A stretch of 64,000 nucleotides of DNA from Octopus sinensis (lineage: Eukaryota): assembly GCF_006345805.1 (NCBI RefSeq), contig NC_043003.1, positions 104,408,001 to 104,472,000 of the forward strand, in the 5' to 3' direction. Both the position numbers and the translations under genes were made by a program. A model generated the notes under the pieces. That model was given only the letters and a program-made list of their open reading frames with translations, ran no database searches and was not told the DNA's origin. Position 1 is the stretch's first letter. Each line of letters begins with the position of its first letter. Shown piece after piece: positions 56,266 through 64,000 of the stretch.

Positions 56266-57539
56266 TCAGGTTGAGTAAAAAGTAAGCAATGTTTTGAACC
56301 ATGAAGAATTTCTACCAGATATTTGCAGTTCTGAATTTTTTAAAGCATTATTTTGCAATTATCTGATAATACAAACACAGACTTGTCCAAAAGCATCAAT
56401 AAATTAACATTGATATTTTTTTCACCATTGCTACAATCACCTGAAATGGAACTGTCAAAGCCCGATGTTCAAGTAATTTTGCTATTCAACTTCAAAGAAG
56501 ATGCAAAGCAGCAGAAACTGTTCCCGATATCAACAAAATGTTTGATGAGGAAATGACCAGTGAGTGGTCAGCTCAAAAATGGTTTAAACAATTTCACATT
56601 GGAGTCCTGAGCCTTGAAGATCATAAGCATAGTGGATGTCCATCTTTCATTGATGACAGTCAATTGAAGACCATCATTCAGAAAGATCTATATAAAACCA
56701 CACGAGAACTGACAAAAGAACCTCAAGTTGGTCAGAAAAGTGCCATCAACCATTTGCATGCAATTGGAAAATCAAAAAAGCTCGACAAATGGGTACCACA
56801 CGATTTGAATGAAAATCAGAAAATGTGCAGATATGAAATTTGCTCATCACTGCTTTTCCATAACCAGACCGATCCATTTCTTGACCGTATTGTAACTTGT
56901 GATGAAAAGTAGATTCTGTACAATAAATGTTCTTCGCAGTGGTTGGACCAAAATGAAGCACCGAAAACCTTCCCTAAACCCGAGCTCTTCAAAAAGAAGG
57001 TTATGGTGACTGTTTGGTGGTGTACTGCTGGACTAATCAACTATAACTTCTTAAAACCCGGAAAAACCATTACTGCAGAAACATATTGCCATGAAGTTGC
57101 AAAAATGAACAAAAAACTGCTACTCTTCCGTCCCAGACTGGTCAACAGAAGAGGGCCAATCATTCTTCATGGCAATGCTCGACCACACGTTTCACTAATG
57201 ATGTTCCAGAAGTTGAGAAAACATGGCTACGATGTTCTTCCCCATCCAGCTTATTCCCCAGACCTTTCTCCTACTGACTACCACTTTTTCAAGCACCTTC
57301 TTGTTTTCCAGCGAGAGAAGGAGTTCTGAAATCAACCAATGCTGAAAGTACATTAAAGAGTTCATCAACTCCAGAACTCCAGATTGTTACGTTACTGGAA
57401 TAAACAAACTTGTAACTCATTGGCAAAAATGTGCTGATTGTAATAGTACTTACTTTGATGAATAAAATTTCTACATTGTTGAAATATATTGTGATGAATT
57501 ACATGTCTCAAAATGTTGCTTACTTTTTACTCAGCATGA
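56266..57539 (+). mobile_element. Mariner DNA transposon, full length but inactivated
   Basis: TIRs TCAGGTTGAGTAAAAAGTAAGCAA and TTGCTTACTTTTTACTCAGCATGA with TA flanks. Motifs WVPHDL, IVTCDEK*, HGNARPH and HPAYSPDLSPTDYHFF. Confidence 0.94.
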
Positions 57540-58249
57540 TATATATATATATTGGAGCAAATATGAAAATCACATATGGTTTTGCATCCATGAAGCACTT
57601 AGCTTTATAGATGAATCGTCAAACCACAATGGCTGCAGGCATATAGCCTCTTCAAACTGGAGGTAGAAAACCATCATGGTCAGTTAATTTGTAAACAAAA
57701 GAATATTCTGTATTGTCTGAGCCTTAACAGGACCCTTAGCCTTAAACAGGGTGGATTATCGCCCTAGGATCCTTAAAAACTTGCTTGACCAGGGGATGCT
57801 CTTAAACTCCAGAGATAAGATCTATAGTCCCTGATCACATTTTAGACACTACCTGCTGCATGAGTGGGATTGCCTGTTCATCAAATATTTGCAGACCAGA
57901 ACCAGTCTAAGGGCAGAGATTCCCCATACAACAATTAGGACCATAAGATTTTACTGACCAGACTAATCTGAGGGCGATCATCCATTCTATTTAAGGTTCA
58001 GACAGCATGGAATATTCTTTTGTTCACAAACAATTACTGACCAAGACAGTTTCCTACCACCAGTTTGGAGAGAGGCTGTATGCTCGCAACCATTCAAGTC
58101 TGATGAGTCCCCTATAAAGCTAAACACTTTATGGATACAAAACCATTATTCACTCTATGACCAACATATATTTAGCTTCATGTAAATACATTACTGCTCT
58201 AACTTTTAGAGTGTGCTTCTTTTTCAGATATATGATCCACTGACTATCT

Positions 58250-58877
58250 TCCAGCGAATGTTAAACGTCGTAAACAGTGGCTTGGAAAAATGAGAAAAGC
58301 TCAACCACAACCAAGCAGGGAACTTCATGGGAAAAAGGTTTTTCTCTCTATCTGGTGGGAATGCAAAGGCGTAATTCACTTTGAATTGTTACCACCTAAT
58401 GCAACAATCAATGCTCAAGTCTACTGTCAGCAATTAGAGTGTTTGAACCAAGCTTTGAAGAAAAAGGACCCGCTTTAGTGAATCAAAAAGGAGTGATGTT
58501 TCATCAGGACAATGTATGACCCCACACTGCAGATATCGCATCACAGAAGATCGAAGAGCTTGGTTGGGAAAAAGTTCCTCATCCACCTTATTCTCCCAAC
58601 CTTGCTCCTTCAGACTACCAAATGGTAGTTTGCAGAATCATTTGGGGGGGTATAACTTTCGCAAGCCAGGAGGAGGTCAAAACTGACATTTCAGAGTTCT
58701 TCGCTTTGAAACCAAAAGAGTTTTACATTGATGGGATTAAAAAGCTTGTAAATAGATGGAAGGAAGTCACAGATAATCAAGGAAAGTACATTGATGATTA
58801 AATTTCAATTAAATAGAACATTTGATCACTTGTTTTCTTTATTCAAAATTCGGACAGAACTTATGGGGTGACCTGAT
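58250..58877 (+). mobile_element. Mariner 3' half
   Basis: KVFLSIWWECKGVIHFELL, HQDN and HPPYSPNLAPSDY motifs; right terminus near 58877. Confidence 0.85.
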
Positions 58878-58888
58878 GTGTACATGTG

Positions 58889-58957
<69 letters not shown>

Positions 58958-58959
<2 letters not shown>

Positions 58960-59343
58960 TTTGTCCTACGAAGAAAGGCTGAGGACGCTCGACCTTTGTT
59001 CTCTTGAAAAACGCCGCCGCCGTGGTGATCTCATTCTCGCCCACAACAGCTGTTCTTCACTCCTGCTCCGGAGCGTCGGCTGCGGGGTCATTCCGAAAAG
59101 CTCTACCTGCGACGATTTCATCTCAATCGAAGGAGAGGAGCTTTCTCCGTCCGGGTTGCGGATCCGTGGAACAAGCTGCCAGACGAGATGGTGAAGATGC
59201 CGACGACCGCTTTGTTCAAAGCCTCCCTGGACCTCAAGTGGCCTGAACTCTTTACATGAACACCACCCTGTACTTAACTCCATGTCCCCCTACATGGCCT
59301 TGCTATTTGCTTTTGAGCCAAATTAACTAACTAACTAACTAAC
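58958..59343 (+). mobile_element. CR1-like LINE 3' end
   Basis: LSYEERLRTLDLCSLEKRRRRGDLI...LRGH...RVADPWNKLP and a (TAAC)n tail. Confidence 0.85.
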
Positions 59344-59744
59344 ATATGATAAATGCGAAAACTAATTTCTGTGAGTCACACTTAGACCCCGCCTCTCTCA
59401 CTATTCAATGACATTCCTACCGTTCCTCATGACGAAGATGATGAGGTGAGAGTAATAGTAGGCATAGAGATGGTGAGGGCACTGACCAAGGCAGACAGAG
59501 AAAGAGTGGGTAGGTGAGAGAAAGTGGGAGATGATATACAACTTTGTTTAACCATGTCTCTTTGACAGAAATTCCTGTTGCCGACACAGTAATTTTTGCT
59601 TTCTTTAATACAAACACACACACACACATAAATAAAATACACTTTAATTGAAATAAAGTTTCCCCAAAATTAAACGTATCTAATATAATAAATGTGAACG
59701 TCAGCATGTCACACTTCTACAACTTGACTAAATCCTTTGAACTG

Positions 59745-59948
59745 GAAGCACAAAGCCTCAAATTTTGGGGGAAGAGATTAAGTCGATTACACCGACTCCA
59801 GTACTTAACTGGTACTAATTTTATTGACCCTGAAAGGATGAAAGGCAAAGTCAACCTTGGCGGAATTTGAACTCAAAACCTAATGGCAGATGAAACACCG
59901 CCAAGCATTTTGCCCAGCATGCTAACAATTCTGCCAGCTCGCCACCTT
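59745..59948 (-). mobile_element. SINE family B
   Basis: Reverse match to family B. Confidence 0.8.
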
Positions 59949-59963
59949 AATATAATACAATAA

Positions 59964-60367
59964 TCTTTATATATAAAAGTGAAGTTGTGTGTCTGTCCGT
60001 CTCCTACGATTTAGATTCCTAACTACTCCCACATTTTGCGGTGCAGTTTAACCAAAACCGGGTATCTTATAGTCGTGATTCATATCGAGCTCTTCTGGGT
60101 ATTAGTGTGCGTCTACGATGAGTCTACGATTAAAAAAAAATTTACCATCATTTTTTTCCCATTTTAATGCATTTTTTTTCGCTATTATATAAGGGAAATA
60201 ACACTCTAAAAATGTCTACGATGAGTCAACGATTTTTTAAAAAATTTACCATCATTTTTTTCCCATTTTTAATGCATTTTTTTGCTATTTTTTGGCTATA
60301 ACTCGCTAAAAATGCTTATATAGTTATTTCCCTTACAAACCCGAGCAACGCCGGGCGATACTGCTAG
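59964..60367 (+). mobile_element. Non-autonomous Helitron (404 bp)
   Basis: A|TC start; CCCGAGCAACGCCGGG hairpin; CTAG|T end; second copy at 63363-63735. Confidence 0.9.
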
Positions 60368-60749
60368 TATAATATAATATAATAAATGTGAATGTCAGTG
60401 GGTTATACTTTTTCAACTTTACTCCTAGAGGCTGTATCCCAACATTATACCATTTTGGAATCAGGCTTACTCTAAGAGCAAATTAAAAACATTCTGGGCC
60501 ATGGGCTGAAACCAGACCTGCAATCCTGAAATTTTGGATTCCTATGTTTTTATTACTATGCTTGTTTCTGGCAATTTTTTTTTTCCATGATTTTTTGTGA
60601 TGAATATGATTATCATTGGCATATTACTCTGGAGGAAGTAATTGCAACAAATACTCCAAAATAAGGCAAAGATCTGTTTGCAGATCTTCCTATTCAGGAT
60701 CAGTTGCTTAAAAGCTAGTATACTAGCTTAAAAACCACCCTATCAGCTA

Positions 60750-60750
<1 letters not shown>

Positions 60751-60799
<49 letters not shown>

Positions 60800-60824
60800 T
60801 ATATATACATATACATATATATAC

Positions 60825-60872
<48 letters not shown>

Positions 60873-60915
60873 CATATATATATATACATATATATATATA
60901 CATATATATATATAC

Positions 60916-60969
<54 letters not shown>

Positions 60970-61011
60970 CATATATATATACATATATATATATATACAA
61001 TATATATATAC

Positions 61012-61048
<37 letters not shown>

Positions 61049-61259
61049 CATATATATATACATATATATATATACATATATATATACATATATATACATA
61101 TATACATATATATACATATAATATATATATATACATATATATATATACATATATATATACATATATATATATACATATATATATACATATATATATACAT
61201 ATATATATATACATATATATATACATATATATATACTATATATACATATATATATATAC

Positions 61260-61306
<47 letters not shown>

Positions 61307-61326
61307 CACATATATATATATACACA

Positions 61327-61396
<70 letters not shown>

Positions 61397-61513
61397 CTAT
61401 ATATATATATACATTATATATATACATATATATATATACATATATATACATATATATATATATATATACTATATATATATATATACAATATATATATACA
61501 TATATATATATAC

Positions 61514-61562
<49 letters not shown>

Positions 61563-61689
61563 TATACATATATATATACATATATATACATATATACATA
61601 TATATCATATATATATATACATATATATATATACATATATATATACATATATATATATACATATATATATATACATATATATATATATT
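60751..61689. repeat. (TA)n/(TACA) microsatellite, about 940 bp
   Basis: Visible directly. Confidence 0.97.
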
Positions 61690-61758
61690 AGTAGTAGTAA
61701 TGGTAAGACAACAAAAGAATGAACGAGACCTCGATATTACGTAAATAGAGGAATTTAT

Positions 61759-61991
61759 CTGTAATATAATATGTGACAATTATTTGGTTGCCATAAGACT
61801 GAGTTTCAGATGTTGAGGCAGAAACCTGCTCTAGCATCTCGTCAGTTATCGAGGCAATCGAAAAATGCTATGAAAGTCATAGCATTTTTCGATTGCCTTG
61901 ATAACTGATGAGATGCTAGAGCAGGTTTCTGCCTCAACATCCGAAACTCAGTCTTATGGCAACCAAATAATTGTCACATATTATATTACAG
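61759..61991. repeat. Near-perfect 233-bp palindrome (115-bp arms, 3-nt loop); probably inverted Penelope-type terminal repeat
   Basis: Arms pair around AAG at 61874-61876, with 3 mismatches counted by eye. Confidence 0.93.
61893..61962 (+). ncRNA. Minimal type I hammerhead ribozyme motif (mirror copy 61788-61857 on minus)
   Basis: Stem I TTGCC..ATAA / TTAT.GGCAA; core CTGATGA (61905-61911); stem II GATG...CATC(C); GAAA (61943-61946); 2-bp stem III with TCA loop; GTC site ending at 61953. Confidence 0.7.
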
Positions 61992-62287
61992 CCGCTGTTT
62001 TTGTCCTGTTTTTACTATTATTGTTTTTTGTATTTTATATTCGCGTGGCATCGTCCGTTTTTCTGTCCCTGTTTTGTATACATTCGATCCTTTTTCCAAG
62101 AAATCTAATGCTCGTAGCTTAGTTTTTCCTTGGGGCTGGCCAGATTGGAGCAATCTCAAGATTAATCAGCCGAAATTGCTAGGATGATCCGGTTCTTGAC
62201 TGAAGATTGAAGGCTTCGAATGTTCCGTCCATGTTTTTTGTATCGTCTTCTAAATGTTTTACGTTCTTGTCCCAGTTTGTATTTTTC

Positions 62288-62346
<59 letters not shown>

Positions 62347-62349
<3 letters not shown>

Positions 62350-63735
62350 TATTATAAAAGGCAGATTTTATCTGCCTCCCTTTGTCACTTATAGAAATCT
62401 ACAATATAGGATTTCTTCAATTACAATTTACCTAGCATTTTTAAGAGTAGAATGCATCGGGTCATGCCAGGTCCAGTTTTTAAAATTTAAACTCCAATTA
62501 AGCAAAATTTACAGAAAACTCACATTCTGGTGTGTATGTCAAATGCTTTTCTTAGTCTGGTTTACAGCACACGCAAATGCACACTTGTCACTTATAGAAA
62601 TGTACAATATAGGATTTCTTCAATTACAATTTACCTAGCATTTTTAAGAGTAGAATGCATCGGGTCATGCCAGGTCCAGTTTTTAAAATTTAAACTCCAA
62701 TTAAGCAAAATTTACAGAAAACTCTTAGTCTGGTTTACAGCACACGCAAACGCACACACACAGTGTGCAACGAATAAAGTGAAACTAATTCACTGTGTGT
62801 GTGTTGACAGGTAGACAATAGAATGCGATGGCGATGTAATATTTGTTTCTGTCTATCACGCTGATAGATACATGAGTAAAATGTATGGCAAGCTAAGAGA
62901 TAAGAGTGAGTGAAAATGTTCTTGGAAGAGAGTAAATAGCGACAGAGTGATTTGAGGAAGACTAAACTTAAAGTATGAAACAGTGTTTATGTATAAACAG
63001 ACGACACTTATATATAGTTATGTATGCATCCGTTTAACCCTTTCGTTACCAAACTGCCCGAATTTACCTATTCATATTTAAATGAGAATATCAGAGTAAA
63101 TCTCTTTAGTACATTCGTGAAAACACGTATTATACTTCGTAAACACTTCAAATACAGTTTTGTACAAAAATCGAAGTGTAATTTTAATTCCGTGAATTAT
63201 GGGAGATTTTTTTCCGAAATTTGTTCCTATTGTGTTTTCAAAATTTGTAATTCTGACAAAAAATGGATACGAATTTCATTATATCAAGCAGCGAGTCAGA
63301 ATTCGAAGGATTTTCTACTGAAGACCTTCATAAATCTAACTCTATGACTGAAAAAAAAAGCATCGTTATATAAGAGTGAAGTTGTGTGTCTGTCTCCTAC
63401 GATTTAGATTCGTAACTACTCCCACATTTTGCGGTGCAGTTTAACCAAAAGTGGGTATCTTATAGTTGTGATTCATATCGAGCCCTTCTGGGTATTAGCG
63501 CGCGTCTACGATTTAAAAAAAATTTACCATCATATTTTTCCATTTTAATGCATTTTTTTCGCTTTTATATAAGGGAAGTAACTCTCTAAAAATATCTACG
63601 ATGTGTCAACGATTTAAAAAAAAATTTACCTTAATTTTTTTTCAATTTTTAATGCATTTTTTGGCTATAACTCTCTAAAAATGCTTATATAGTTATTTCC
63701 CTTACAACCCGAGCAACGCCGGGCGATACTGCTAG
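62347..63735 (+). mobile_element. Composite non-autonomous Helitron
   Basis: A|TCTTATTATAAAAGGCAG 5' end, internal duplication of about 200 bp, and the 3' module 63363-63735 with hairpin and CTAG. Confidence 0.8.
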
Positions 63736-64000
63736 TCTTATTATAAAAGGCAGATTTTATCTGCCTCCCTTTGTCTCTTATAGAAATCTACAATATAGGA
63801 TTTCTTCAATTACAATTTACCTAGCATTTTTAAGAGTAGAATGCATCGGGTCATGCCAGGTCCAGTTTTTAAAATTTCAACCCCAATTAAGCAAAATTTA
63901 GAGAAAACTCACATTGTGGTGTCTAAGTCAAGTGCTTTTCTTAGTGTGGGCTAGAGCACACGCACACACACACACACACACAAAAACGGAGCGATCTGAT
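63736..64000 (+). mobile_element. Next tandem Helitron unit (runs off the window)
   Basis: The sequence from 62347 restarts directly after the CTAG at 63735. Confidence 0.82.

Noticed and set aside
58098-58130. CTGATGAG hammerhead-like core
   Set aside because: No GAAA and no convincing stems follow.
60715-61779. Several YI/MYI-repeat ORFs
   Set aside because: Translations of a (TA)n/(TACA)n microsatellite.
56145-64000. Upstream Rel-homology-domain exons
   Set aside because: No VRLCF/IYD-like or RxRYxCE coding segment was found by eye; they are presumed to lie beyond the window.

Overview
AT-rich, repeat-dense eukaryotic DNA. The SINE/RTE/Dong repertoire looks like an octopus (coleoid cephalopod) genome; that assignment is an inference. 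One host gene runs across the window on the minus strand. It is an NF-kB p105/p100 (Relish-type) gene, with 11 GT-AG coding exons traced by eye from 56144 down to 1611. They join in one open frame of 1505 nt (about 500 aa): IPT/dimerisation domain, basic NLS, acidic linker, about 4 ankyrin repeats and a death domain. The N-terminal Rel-homology exons were not found and probably lie beyond 64000. The introns hold a young CsRn1-type Gypsy LTR element (4-bp TSD, tRNA-Trp PBS), an older Gypsy remnant, a 5'-truncated RTE LINE with many short RTE tails, and an RT-less Dong/R4 LINE. They also hold CR1 and Penelope fragments, mariner, Tigger, Chapaev3-like and piggyBac-like DNA elements, Helitrons, three SINE families, a U6 copy and long microsatellites. 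The most notable observations are: (1) the NF-kB has no glycine-rich region, has a candidate caspase D/G site and has apparently lost its last ankyrin repeats; (2) a 233-bp palindrome carries a minimal hammerhead ribozyme motif on each strand; (3) a Gypsy remnant has a PBS position complementary to its own LTR (candidate self-priming); (4) a composite Helitron sits head-to-tail with the next unit; (5) a U6 copy abuts a SINE. Exon, LTR and TIR edges were read base by base; SINE and fragment edges are approximate. No new multi-gene system is demonstrated.
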